Shown here one piece after another: positions 55,888 through 64,000 of a stretch of DNA of 64,000 nt. The position numbers were made by a program, and so were the translations under genes. The DNA is from a virus (lineage: Duplodnaviria; Caudoviricetes), in the IMG/VR virus record IMGVR_UViG_3300047160_022640, positions 23,769-87,768 of that record. One strand, 5' to 3'. Within the stretch, counting starts at the first letter, position 1. Each line of letters begins with the position of its first letter. Under the pieces are notes generated by a model. That model saw only the letters and a program-made list of their open reading frames with translations, was not told the origin of the DNA and ran no database searches.

Positions 55888-58719
55888 CTAGCTTGACGGA
55901 TCTGGAGACCACGGTTCCGACGCTTCGGAATAAACCGTGCCAATAGATGGAGCGGTCATAGGAACCACTCTCCAGCGCATAACCCCAGCTGCGCCAGGCT
56001 TGGCAACGAGACGATGACCGTCGATAACACGACCCTTGAATGCGGCCAGACGCCTTCCTAGTTCCACCGCATCAGGCACTGAGCCCCCGCGCCCCTCGTG
56101 CTTCATTCCACGCTTTCCAACAAGCGTTTCAATGGCGTCTCGGGTGTCTTCGAGCCCATCCGGCTTGTAGCCGCCGTTTATCGGATCTGGAGTCCGCTGA
56201 CATCGATACAGTAGATCGATGACCGAACTAATCCTGAAGTCCTCCGATCCCAGCATGGAATGCAAGGAATTCATGATTGTTCGAATGCTACGGAGTTCGT
56301 TGTCGACGTCTTCTTCCACCTCCGGCCTGGCAAGCATCGGATCGGCGCCACCCGCAAAAACGATCGCGTGTGGAATGAGTCGACTCCACTCCTCGAAGCT
56401 CCCCCAGCGCGCGCAGCCCATTGGTGGCTTTCCTGCAAGAAAGTAAGCTCTAAGGATCAGTAGTGCAGCCGCGACTAGACGGGGTCTTTCTTTTCTGATC
56501 CATGAAAGCAGATCGTCGTGCCGAAACTTGGTTCGGCGCTCCGGTTTCTCTTCGATGGGTTCAAGTCTAGCCATAAGAACTCTACGACTAGTATCTCCGT
56601 AGAAACTGATATTGTTACCGGTCGCCATAATGAGCGCGCGCCACTGAAGAGTGACGACCTTGGTATATCCAAGAACGCGAAGTTCGACATCGTCTCGAAC
56701 TGTGATGATTCTGTCTATCGGACCCCCACCAAATGGTCGCATTGCTGGAATGTTGTCGAGGCATATAAAGGAAGAACCGCGCAGTGCATAGCTGGCCAGA
56801 ATTTTCTCGAGCTCTACTTCATCGATTGTGTAGTTCATACGCGGAGCTCCGCGCCCAGTAGCTACGGTGGCAATCGCATCGGTTTGAAGCGTTTTTCCAG
56901 AACCGCGCGTAGAAGCGTCAAACAACACGGCCGGTACTGATCCAAGAATCGCTGGACGCGCAATGAGCGTCAGAATAGCAGCAATGGGCACTGATCTATG
57001 TGATTCATTTACATAGGGAAAATCTTCGAAACATTCGCTTAGAAATCTGAACGCCCACTTCGCGTTATCTCGTGTGGCCATTTCATCTGTAACAGATGGG
57101 AATTGTTGACCAGGAGAATACACATATCGTGTGGACGGATCATACCCTTCAGTTTGGATGATCTGTCCGTCTGAGCGCAAGATCGGAGTCTCTACTACAC
57201 CAATCAGTGGTCGTATTCCTGGCCAATTTGCTCTCTTTTTGACAGCTCCAACTATCTCGTCTGTTGGAATAAATGGAACATAGTTTTGAAGTCTGCTGCT
57301 CCATTTTTGAAAATGCGCCACCGATGATAATCGTTCCCTAAGGGTCGGCGTTTCCATTTCGCAAATCTGAGGAGATCCTTCTACCAATTGTCTATGTGTC
57401 TGCCCGTCGTCTGTAGGAACCGTATCAGATTCTTCGCTTTGCTCTCTTTTTATGCGAGCAACAAAAACCAGTTTCGTCTCTCTCTGATAGATCTCAGGAT
57501 CTCTTTTCAATGCGGATATAGCTTCGTCTGCGTTCAGCATCACTTCATGAGTAATGTTGATTGTTGGCTTTTTTGATGTTTGTGAACTAGGGGACAATCC
57601 CCAAGGATCGTCGGGAGGAGGCGGTTCGGTGTAGGGTCCAGGTCCCGGGGGACTGGATGGCGCCGGATCTGCCAGCACCATCGGTGAAATCACATCTCCG
57701 CTCTCTCGTACGGTTCGATCGGCACTGGCAAGCGTCGCGCGAACTTCGTGTTCCGGAAGTCCAGCGGCACGAGCTGCGCGTAGCAGCTCGTCGTGTACCC
57801 AATGCCACTTCGATGCTAGGTACATTCCAGCACAGAGCTTAAAAAGTCGGCAGGCGCTGGCGAAAAGGGTGTTGTTGCGCATCCCGGAACCGCATCCGGC
57901 AAGCGCGCGTGCTTCACCATCAACAGCTGCATCCAGATACTTCTCTGCACGGGTGCGCGCTTGCCCCGGCTTGTTCATTTGCGCAGGCGTGTATTTATCT
58001 ATGAATTTCGGTTTCTCGAACTTCTTGAGAAGTTGCATCGCCCACTGGAGAGGCAACGGAACAATCTCTCCGATCCGTGTCCACACGTAGCGCTTGCCAT
58101 TCGCGTGCAGACTCGGAGCAATAACGACCTGTCCACCTTCGGCTTTGACATCGACGCCCGGGATACCACCTAGTCCGGTTATATTCTTGAGGCGATCAAC
58201 GTCGATCTCCGGTGGTAGCGTGAAAAATAGACGATACCCTCTTCCGGAATCGCAGCGTGGTGTCTCCGGTAGTGGCCCGAGCTCCGCCTCAAGCTCCGCG
58301 AACCGTGAAGCGTCGTCGACATCAACCGCGATGATGTACTCGCCGTCTCGCTGCTTGCCGAGCACCATGCCGACATTCGGCATGAATCGACAACGCGCGA
58401 TCTGATCTTTCAGCTCATCGAGAGAAGGATTACGCTTGCTCCAGTTGCTCTGGATCGGGTGCTTGCCAGTCGACGAGGAACCGCTCGCTGTCTTGTCGTG
58501 AGCTTTCCCGCAAGAGCACCCGCCATCCGCCGTTGGTGCATGGATCAGGATCGGCTTGAGTCCGGCGTTGAAGCAGGTGATAGTCGCTTCTTCGGTGGAT
58601 TCTACGGACAGCAGGGACTCGGGAATGCAGAGACGCGCTTTAGTCGGTGGCGGTGGAGTCGTGGTTGAATTGTCGTCATTGCCTACTCCGTTCGTGTCGC
58701 TCATGATGTTGTCCGCCAC
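55888..58719 (-). CDS. Bifunctional primase-polymerase fused to a helicase-like P-loop domain
   Basis: GKHP, NVGMVLG..AVDVD, GRGYRLFF, DVKAEGGQVVIAPSLH; GMRNNTLF (PriCT); RGSGKT Walker A. Confidence 0.88.
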   Translation of the reverse strand: MADNIMSDTNGVGNDDNSTTTPPPPTKARLCIPESLLSVESTEEATITCFNAGLKPILIHAPTADGGCSCGKAHDKTASGSSSTGKHPIQSNWSKRNPSLDELKDQIARCRFMPNVGMVLGKQRDGEYIIAVDVDDASRFAELEAELGPLPETPRCDSGRGYRLFFTLPPEIDVDRLKNITGLGGIPGVDVKAEGGQVVIAPSLHANGKRYVWTRIGEIVPLPLQWAMQLLKKFEKPKFIDKYTPAQMNKPGQARTRAEKYLDAAVDGEARALAGCGSGMRNNTLFASACRLFKLCAGMYLASKWHWVHDELLRAARAAGLPEHEVRATLASADRTVRESGDVISPMVLADPAPSSPPGPGPYTEPPPPDDPWGLSPSSQTSKKPTINITHEVMLNADEAISALKRDPEIYQRETKLVFVARIKREQSEESDTVPTDDGQTHRQLVEGSPQICEMETPTLRERLSSVAHFQKWSSRLQNYVPFIPTDEIVGAVKKRANWPGIRPLIGVVETPILRSDGQIIQTEGYDPSTRYVYSPGQQFPSVTDEMATRDNAKWAFRFLSECFEDFPYVNESHRSVPIAAILTLIARPAILGSVPAVLFDASTRGSGKTLQTDAIATVATGRGAPRMNYTIDEVELEKILASYALRGSSFICLDNIPAMRPFGGGPIDRIITVRDDVELRVLGYTKVVTLQWRALIMATGNNISFYGDTSRRVLMARLEPIEEKPERRTKFRHDDLLSWIRKERPRLVAAALLILRAYFLAGKPPMGCARWGSFEEWSRLIPHAIVFAGGADPMLARPEVEEDVDNELRSIRTIMNSLHSMLGSEDFRISSVIDLLYRCQRTPDPINGGYKPDGLEDTRDAIETLVGKRGMKHEGRGGSVPDAVELGRRLAAFKGRVIDGHRLVAKPGAAGVMRWRVVPMTAPSIGTVYSEASEPWSPDPSS

Positions 58720-58758
58720 GCGGGTGTTCCTCTTTCGCCCCGAACGAGAAGAATGGTG

Positions 58759-58788
58759 AGACTAACCGCCCCGGGGAACGCTAGTCAA
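58759..58788 (-). promoter_or_regulatory. Sigma70-like promoter of the primase gene
   Basis: TTGACT-N18-TAGTCT. Confidence 0.5.
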
Positions 58789-58839
58789 CGTGATGTTTGC
58801 AGTTGTTAAACATTTGGACTCTCTGTATAGGTGAGCAAC

Positions 58840-59010
58840 GTGAAGCAGACCAAATTTCTTGGAATCCGTCTTTCGGATGATCTGTCGCTGACGATTGAGC
58901 GCGAGCGTCGGCGCGCCGAGCAAAAGACCGGCTATAGAATCAAGACGAGCGAGTTCGTCCGCGCTGCACTCGAGAAACAATTCGGCTCGAAGCGAAAGCG
59001 CGCCGCATGA
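58840..59010 (+). CDS. Ribbon-helix-helix-like regulator
   Basis: MKQTKFLGIRLSDDL..KTG..SEFVRAALE; resembles 47737-47907; not in the ORF track (<60 aa). Confidence 0.6.
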   Translation: MKQTKFLGIRLSDDLSLTIERERRRAEQKTGYRIKTSEFVRAALEKQFGSKRKRAA

Positions 59011-59201
59011 ACGTAGTTGCTGAAACCGAGCGCTGCGGCCCCGTGCTCGACAAGATGATCGAGATCTTGGCGACGGACGACGACGCCACAATCGCGAGCG
59101 CGCTGGAGCAAGCGAAGAGGGAGCTCGCGATCGACATCCCCCGCGAGGTCGAAGCGCGGTTCAAGTTCATCGTGTTTCGGATGATCGCGAGCGTCGAATG
59201 A
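59007..59201 (+). CDS. Hypothetical protein
   Basis: ATGA coupling. Confidence 0.55.
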   Translation: MNVVAETERCGPVLDKMIEILATDDDATIASALEQAKRELAIDIPREVEARFKFIVFRMIASVE

Positions 59202-59401
59202 AGAACGAACTACCAGAGTTCCCAATGCTGCTTACACAAGACAACGTCATGGTCACAAGAAATGACGACGGCGGATGGTCGATGCATGTCAGCATCTCCG
59301 AGAAGTCGATGCGATCCATTTCTCAAGAGAAGTTGTCGGCGTTTTTGTTGGAATTTGTTTCGATGCTTCCGAGACAAACGGATTCGGCGTCCGGTAACTA
59401 A
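59198..59401 (+). CDS. Hypothetical protein
   Basis: ATGA coupling. Confidence 0.55.
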   Translation: MKNELPEFPMLLTQDNVMVTRNDDGGWSMHVSISEKSMRSISQEKLSAFLLEFVSMLPRQTDSASGN

Positions 59402-59404
59402 AAA

Positions 59405-59611
59405 ATGGCTCGCATCTTTTTTCTAGATCGCTCTGCCGCCGAAGACGTTCACCTTAACGCCGCCGTCGACTGGCTCTTGGAAGAGCTAGACGAGCCGCTG
59501 TCGCTCGAGTCGCTGCGCCGGCTGGCGTCGAGGGAACTCGCGCGCCCGAGAGACGCCATTCACCGAGAGTGGGCTAAGGTCTTCCTGCGCGAGACCGTTG
59601 AGTACGTGTGA
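59405..59611 (+). CDS. Hypothetical protein
   Basis: 68 aa in the operon. Confidence 0.55.
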   Translation: MARIFFLDRSAAEDVHLNAAVDWLLEELDEPLSLESLRRLASRELARPRDAIHREWAKVFLRETVEYV

Positions 59612-59974
59612 ATGCCGCGACTCGATGATCCGTGGTTCGAAGCGCAATTCATCAAGAACACCACGCGCGCCGGATTGACGTTTACCGACCAGCTCGATGG
59701 CGCTGACGGCGTGTGGTTCTGGTGTCCTTGCGGTTACGGTAAGCCGGAGTACCCGCTCGATGGCGGACGTCCACACGCGGTGATGGTCTCGTTCTCGAAT
59801 CCGCGCGGCTGCGGGCAGGCGCCGGACGACGCCGGTAGCCAGAGCCGCAACGGCGGCCCGTCACGCTGGATGATGAGCGGTACCGGGGTTGCTGATCTCA
59901 CGCTCTCGCCGTCGGTCGACGTCGGAACGCCGTCGTGCTGGCACGGTTTCGTTCAGGACGGTGTCGTCTCGTAG
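59612..59974 (+). CDS. DUF6527-like Zn-binding protein
   Basis: WCPCG..H..W..SG..LTLSPSV..CWHGFV. Confidence 0.65.
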   Translation: MPRLDDPWFEAQFIKNTTRAGLTFTDQLDGADGVWFWCPCGYGKPEYPLDGGRPHAVMVSFSNPRGCGQAPDDAGSQSRNGGPSRWMMSGTGVADLTLSPSVDVGTPSCWHGFVQDGVVS

Positions 59975-60452
59975 ATCGAGAGCTGCCGCGGATCCGTCCG
60001 ATCACGGGCGTCGTAGTCGTGCTGCTGCAGCAGCGCTTCCAGCTGCGGGACTTTTTCACGGCAGTATGTGCGTACACTTCGGGCGACTCTGGTTCGCACC
60101 AAACCGATGCGGCCCCATTCATGGTCGCGTCTATCACGAAGGTCCCGAGCGTTATTGTGTCCTCAGTTACTATGCGCATACAGTTTTCATGAACGCTACC
60201 AAGGTGAATCGTTTGGTCCGGCACCATCACTATCGCATCGAATCGACGCAGCAACTCAGTCGTTCCGTCGATCCAGAACGGATACGGCTGAATCTTCTCG
60301 AACTCCGGATGTGCCGTGTTCGCGTGCGGGATGATCGGCATGAACCCGAGTTTCGCGACCTCGAGCCCGACAGCGACGGCGCGCTCGATGTTGGTGTCGA
60401 CGCCTCGACGAGTCGGGGCGGAGAAGGGGCCGGCGATGTAGACGTAAATCAT
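59898..60452 (-). CDS. DUF4406/DUF1937-like (nucleoside deoxyribosyltransferase-like) protein
   Basis: VYIAGPFS..PIIPH..LLRRFDAIVMVP; C-terminal part uncertain (overlaps a convergent gene). Confidence 0.6.
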   Translation of the reverse strand: MIYVYIAGPFSAPTRRGVDTNIERAVAVGLEVAKLGFMPIIPHANTAHPEFEKIQPYPFWIDGTTELLRRFDAIVMVPDQTIHLGSVHENCMRIVTEDTITLGTFVIDATMNGAASVWCEPESPEVYAHTAVKKSRSWKRCCSSTTTTPVIGRIRGSSRSTRRHRPERNRASTTAFRRRPTARA

Positions 60453-60862
60453 TCGTCTAAATCATCGATCGCCGCATCAATCGCCGCGACCATGTCCGAA
60501 AAATCGTAACGGATGAGCGCATCCAAGAACTCCGAGAGCACACCCTCGGCGCCCTCTGCGGAGATCACTTTGCGAGCAAGCGCTTTCCACACGACCTCCG
60601 TCTTTGGTAGCTCTTCTTGATCGATATCGTACAGGTTCCAGCGCTCCTCCTCGCGAAGCACGTACCACCGCGCGGACCGGAGATCGCGGAGCGGCGTCTC
60701 GGAGTTTTTGAGCCCGTGCCGCCAGACGTACTTGGTCGCGCTGTGCAAGTTGCCGGAGAGATGCTCGATGAGCTCGATCGTCTCGATGCCCGAGGCGTGC
60801 TGATTGTAATAACGAGGGTGTTCGACCTTCTCGTTGGGGTCGTCACTTTGAGTTGTGGGCAA
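60449..60862 (-). CDS. DUF3310 protein
   Basis: VEHPRYY..GIETIE..KYVWRHGLK..DLRSARWY. Confidence 0.8.
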   Translation of the reverse strand: MPTTQSDDPNEKVEHPRYYNQHASGIETIELIEHLSGNLHSATKYVWRHGLKNSETPLRDLRSARWYVLREEERWNLYDIDQEELPKTEVVWKALARKVISAEGAEGVLSEFLDALIRYDFSDMVAAIDAAIDDLDE

Positions 60863-60863
60863 G

Positions 60864-61034
60864 TCATTTTCCTTTCGTCACCGGCGTCGCTGACACAATC
60901 CGCGGCTTGTACGGATGCTTTTCGAACGGAACGAAGTTCACAGCTCGAGAGAGCGCTGCCGTGAACCACTCGAGCGCATCGTCAGCCGACTTGTCGGCAG
61001 GTAGTTCAATCTCGAGCAGGAGGCGCCACTTCAT
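60864..61034 (-). CDS. Small hypothetical protein
   Basis: MKWRLLLEIELP..TKGK, ATGA-coupled; translated by hand. Confidence 0.45.
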   Translation of the reverse strand: MKWRLLLEIELPADKSADDALEWFTAALSRAVNFVPFEKHPYKPRIVSATPVTKGK

Positions 61035-61225
61035 GTTTCCCCCGCAACCCGCACCGCCTCATTGGCGAGCTGCCGAAGCCAGTTACTCAAACTGCGTCCC
61101 TGTTTACTCGCGATACGCATCCACTCGGCGACCTCTTCTATCGGGGCGCGCACCTGCGCGCGCGAAAGGCGAACTGTTTTTGACTTCTTGGTCTTTGGCG
61201 TGTTCGTCATTTGCGGATGCTTCAT
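61031..61225 (-). CDS. RHH/CopG-like regulator
   Basis: AQVRAP..W..ASKQGRSLSNWLR. Confidence 0.6.
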   Translation of the reverse strand: MKHPQMTNTPKTKKSKTVRLSRAQVRAPIEEVAEWMRIASKQGRSLSNWLRQLANEAVRVAGET

Positions 61226-61232
61226 CGTCGCC

Positions 61233-61305
61233 AGACTAACGCCACCGTGGCGTCACGTCAACTTGTCTTACAAGAATTGACAGAGTCACACGACCGGCGT
61301 ATGGG
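61233..61305. promoter_or_regulatory. Back-to-back sigma70-like promoters
   Basis: Minus: TTGACG-N17-TAGTCT-N7-ATG; plus: TTGACA-N17-TATGGG; palindrome CTTGT-CTT-ACAAG between them. Confidence 0.55.
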
Positions 61306-61314
61306 CAATGCAGG

Positions 61315-61587
61315 ATGAACAACCGGCAACGAGCCAAGGATCTGCTTGAGCTCGCCTTCGACGATGGCGCTCCGGAACCGGAGCGTCTCTCGGCGTTGGT
61401 GAAAGCAGGCAAGCTCATCGTCAAGTACGACCTGCTCTCGAGCCCGCTCAGTTTCCTCGACAGCGAGAATGAGACGCTTCAGGCAGCGAAGGGAGTGTTC
61501 GAAACACTCAGCGATCCGACGCTCATGAAGAACCTGAAGAAGATCGGCGGGCGACTCGGCAGCAACCGCCGACGGAGACGCGCGTGA
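61315..61587 (+). CDS. Hypothetical protein
   Basis: 90 aa, basic C-terminus. Confidence 0.6.
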   Translation: MNNRQRAKDLLELAFDDGAPEPERLSALVKAGKLIVKYDLLSSPLSFLDSENETLQAAKGVFETLSDPTLMKNLKKIGGRLGSNRRRRRA

Positions 61588-61877
61588 TCGAGATCAAGAT
61601 GCTCCAGTTCTTGGTCGAGACTGCTGAGCGTCATCCGGATCCGAATTACGCCTTCGCGAGCGAGGTACCGACGGCAGAGGCGCTCGCGAAACTAGGCTGG
61701 CTTCGAAACGAGGACGACGCGGGCCATCCAGGGTGCTACAGCATGACGAGCGCCGGAGAGGGCGCGATCACTTTATTGGAGCTACAGATCGCGAAGACGG
61801 AATTGCCTAGCGCCCCGTCGCCACCGCCGCCGGAGGCGCGTAAGCGATCCCGGAAAAGCGATACTCCAAAACCGTGA
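61584..61877 (+). CDS. Hypothetical protein
   Basis: GTGA coupling. Confidence 0.55.
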   Translation: MIEIKMLQFLVETAERHPDPNYAFASEVPTAEALAKLGWLRNEDDAGHPGCYSMTSAGEGAITLLELQIAKTELPSAPSPPPPEARKRSRKSDTPKP

Positions 61878-62004
61878 CGTTGGTGCCTTGCGCCCATGCG
61901 ACGACGTCCATTTCTTTGTCGATGACGTGCCGCTCACCGGTCGGCGCTATTACGATCCAGATGCTGGACGGAGCGCCAGGTGGCGCCTGTTTCGAGTCGC
62001 TCAT
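61807..62004 (-). CDS. Hypothetical protein
   Basis: ATGA coupling to the upstream RHH gene. Confidence 0.5.
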   Translation of the reverse strand: MSDSKQAPPGAPSSIWIVIAPTGERHVIDKEMDVVAWAQGTNVTVLEYRFSGIAYAPPAAVATGR

Positions 62005-62198
62005 TTTTTCTTCTTCGCTTCCAGATTTTCGGTCTCGAGCAGCCCGATCCCACGGTACGTCGCGAGGCGAATCATCTCGGATCGGGTGACACTGATCCCT
62101 TGCTGCTTTCCCTGAATCTTCTCGCCTACTTTGTCGATTCGCGTGATGAGCTCCTTCGGGAAGCGGATGGTGATGATCTTTTCTTCTTTGTCACTCAT
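62001..62198 (-). CDS. RHH-like regulator
   Basis: IITIRFPKELITRID..TRSEMIRLA. Confidence 0.7.
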   Translation of the reverse strand: MSDKEEKIITIRFPKELITRIDKVGEKIQGKQQGISVTRSEMIRLATYRGIGLLETENLEAKKKK

Positions 62199-62220
62199 GG
62201 TAGTTTACCGTACCACAATG

Positions 62221-62478
62221 TCACTCTGAATCGTCGGCATTGATCGCGTCGAGCGCGAGCGTATTGATCGCTTGCGCGCAGGCGTCCTGAACGTCTTTGC
62301 CTCCGAAGATGATTCGTCCAGACGGTGTCCTGATCTCGACGAAGAAGCGCCCCGCCTCGACGCGCACTTCGAAATTTCGGCAGGCACCGTCGCGTAGCAG
62401 ACGTGTCAACCCTTCGAATGTTCTCGCGGCAGCACGTTCTTTTGCGCGTTGGATTTCAGTCGGCGTGGTCGGAATCAT
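62221..62478 (-). CDS. Hypothetical protein
   Basis: MIPTTPTEIQ.., ATGA coupling. Confidence 0.5.
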   Translation of the reverse strand: MIPTTPTEIQRAKERAAARTFEGLTRLLRDGACRNFEVRVEAGRFFVEIRTPSGRIIFGGKDVQDACAQAINTLALDAINADDSE

Positions 62479-62771
62479 CGAGTGGTCTCCAGAGTCTTGA
62501 TAGCGATCTGAAGGCGCTCGCAAGCGCTAACGATCTCGATAGCTGCGCTCCGGGTCTCGGCACGCACGACCTCCGAGACGGCGCTTTCAGAGACAGCGCG
62601 CACGCGTTGTTCCGCCTCCTGGATAGCTGCGAGCGCCTGTGCGAGGTTTTCGGCTTCGCCATTTGCTGCGAGCACTTCGGCCTCTCGCGCGAGGCCGTGG
62701 AGCTCGACGACAGTTAGCGTGCCGCGAGCACTGCGAGTGATGACGGAGAGTCCTGTATTTTTCTTGGCCAT
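62475..62771 (-). CDS. Helical hypothetical protein
   Basis: 98 aa, Ala/Glu-rich. Confidence 0.55.
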   Translation of the reverse strand: MAKKNTGLSVITRSARGTLTVVELHGLAREAEVLAANGEAENLAQALAAIQEAEQRVRAVSESAVSEVVRAETRSAAIEIVSACERLQIAIKTLETTR

Positions 62772-62772
62772 G

Positions 62773-62985
62773 TTACTTTCTTGCTTGACGGGTCTTGTAG
62801 ATAGCGATTTTCAGAAAACGCTTGGCTTGAGAAACAGCGCCGAGCGCGAGAAAGAAGTATTCCTCTGCTTCGGGATCGAGCGTCGACACCTCAACGTCGC
62901 ATAGGAGCTGCGAATAGAGTCGCTCGATGAGTGGTGCCACTTCTTCGATGTCGAGCGGAGGAGCGTCTTTGACGGGGGTACTCAC
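62773..62985 (-). CDS. Hypothetical protein
   Basis: GTG start overlapping the upstream stop; MSTPVKDAPPLD.. Confidence 0.5.
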   Translation of the reverse strand: MSTPVKDAPPLDIEEVAPLIERLYSQLLCDVEVSTLDPEAEEYFFLALGAVSQAKRFLKIAIYKTRQARK

Positions 62986-63272
62986 GAGTCGTCCTGGTCG
63001 ACGCTGAGATCCTCCGCCGTGATCTCGTACGTGACTATGTCCAGGAGCGTATCGCTCTCCACGTCGTGGATGAGCGCGTAGAGGGTTTGCCCGACGTCGT
63101 AGCCGTCGCCGGTCTTGAGCCCGGCTGCCTCGACGCTCATGACGTCTCTGACATCGTCCATTACCTCTTCGTCGGAATCTGCCTCGATCTCGATGTCCTC
63201 GTGAGACGGCCACGCCATGCCGTTGGCCTGCATCGGGTTCGCGTCGTAGATCGTGTAGGTGTACTGGGCCAT
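62982..63272 (-). CDS. Highly acidic hypothetical protein
   Basis: 96 aa, Asp/Glu-rich; first gene after a divergent promoter. Confidence 0.6.
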   Translation of the reverse strand: MAQYTYTIYDANPMQANGMAWPSHEDIEIEADSDEEVMDDVRDVMSVEAAGLKTGDGYDVGQTLYALIHDVESDTLLDIVTYEITAEDLSVDQDDS

Positions 63273-63287
63273 CTCTATATCCTACGT

Positions 63288-63350
63288 AAGGTACTCTCCT
63301 GTCATTCCCTGTCAAACAGAAGTTGACAGGGAATTACGAACCGGTACTGT
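63288..63350. promoter_or_regulatory. Symmetric divergent promoter pair
   Basis: ATTCCCTGTCAA-7 nt-TTGACAGGGAAT perfect 12-bp inverted repeat; TTGACA-N16-TACTGT (plus) and TTGACA-N16-TACCTT (minus). Confidence 0.6.
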
Positions 63351-63364
63351 GCGTAGGGATCGTT

Positions 63365-63643
63365 ATGCGGTCAAAAACATCGGATTCTACTCCTGCTAAA
63401 ATCACCATGAAGGATCGACGCGCTATCCGAGCGCGGATGAGCCCCGAGGCGCGCAAGGCGCTCGACGACGCCGAAGCAGCACGCAAGGCACTCGCTCGAC
63501 AGCGGGAGCTCATTGCCTCGACGGGCAAGGCGCTTGCGGCACGCGCGGCCGCGAGCGAAGACATCTACGGGGTCAAGCTGGGCAACGGTGTCGCGGCGCG
63601 CGTCGACGCGGTACTAGCCGCTGGACGACGAGGCGAATCGTGA
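63365..63643 (+). CDS. Ala/Arg-rich hypothetical protein
   Basis: ORF downstream of the plus-strand promoter. Confidence 0.5.
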   Translation: MRSKTSDSTPAKITMKDRRAIRARMSPEARKALDDAEAARKALARQRELIASTGKALAARAAASEDIYGVKLGNGVAARVDAVLAAGRRGES

Positions 63644-64000
63644 CGCTCGTTGAAGAGACGCCCCACCCGGGCGGGTTCATCTCTTACCGCGGCTACGCGG
63701 TCAAGGAGTGCAAGTGCCTAAGACTCTCGCCCTCACTTTTGCGATCGCCGCCCGCGCTGGGGTTACTGAAGGTGCAGCCGTGATCCACGCAATGAACAGC
63801 GCACGTCGCGACGCATTCGATCTGATGCGACGGCAGAACGCGAAGTACGCCCGCAAGTCCGGGCCGATGCTCACTTACTTCGAGCGTGAGGTGATGGGGT
63901 CTAGTATGTCGAACGCGCTCGAAGATCTTGGTTGGCTCACGCGCTCACCCGGCCGCAACGGCCGCTTGACGACGATCACGCTCACCGACTTTGGCCTGTG

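Noticed and set aside
58762-59091. Minus-strand 109-aa ORF in the track
   Set aside because: A plus-strand 56-aa RHH-like gene (58840-59010), ATGA-coupled to the next gene, explains the region better

Overview
The window is 64 kb of a high-GC temperate bacterial virus or phage-plasmid. No rRNA or host housekeeping genes are seen. Positions 42-33574 are an almost entirely plus-strand virion module: beta-rich putative capsid-type proteins, membrane-anchored LysM/peptidoglycan-binding proteins, a lytic transglycosylase, five Gly-X-Thr collagen-like fibres plus a Gly-rich fibre, GH16/LamG/GH99-like carbohydrate modules, and an embedded glycosylation island. That island holds HtrL-like, GT2-TPR and GT31-like transferases, a methyltransferase, and a B12 radical SAM gene with an intein inside its CxxxCxxC motif. 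I recognised no terminase, portal or tail genes. A Cre-like tyrosine recombinase with an adjacent palindromic candidate site follows. Positions 37954-63643 are early/replication modules: Dam, SSB-like, AAA_24, ParB-like, HNH, DEDD exonuclease, RecD-like and SF2 helicases, VRR-NUC, CoiA, primase-polymerase/helicase and four RHH-like regulators. The standout is a compact type V CRISPR locus in the recombination operon: a 527-aa Cas12m/TnpB-like effector with an intact D-E-D RuvC triad (42808-44391), followed 29 nt later by a mini-array of 37-bp repeats with 2 spacers (42606-42778), with no cas1/cas2. Also notable are a circularly permuted Cas4/AddB-like nuclease and a tRNA-minihelix-like element. 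All product calls come from motif recognition by eye; no database searches were run.
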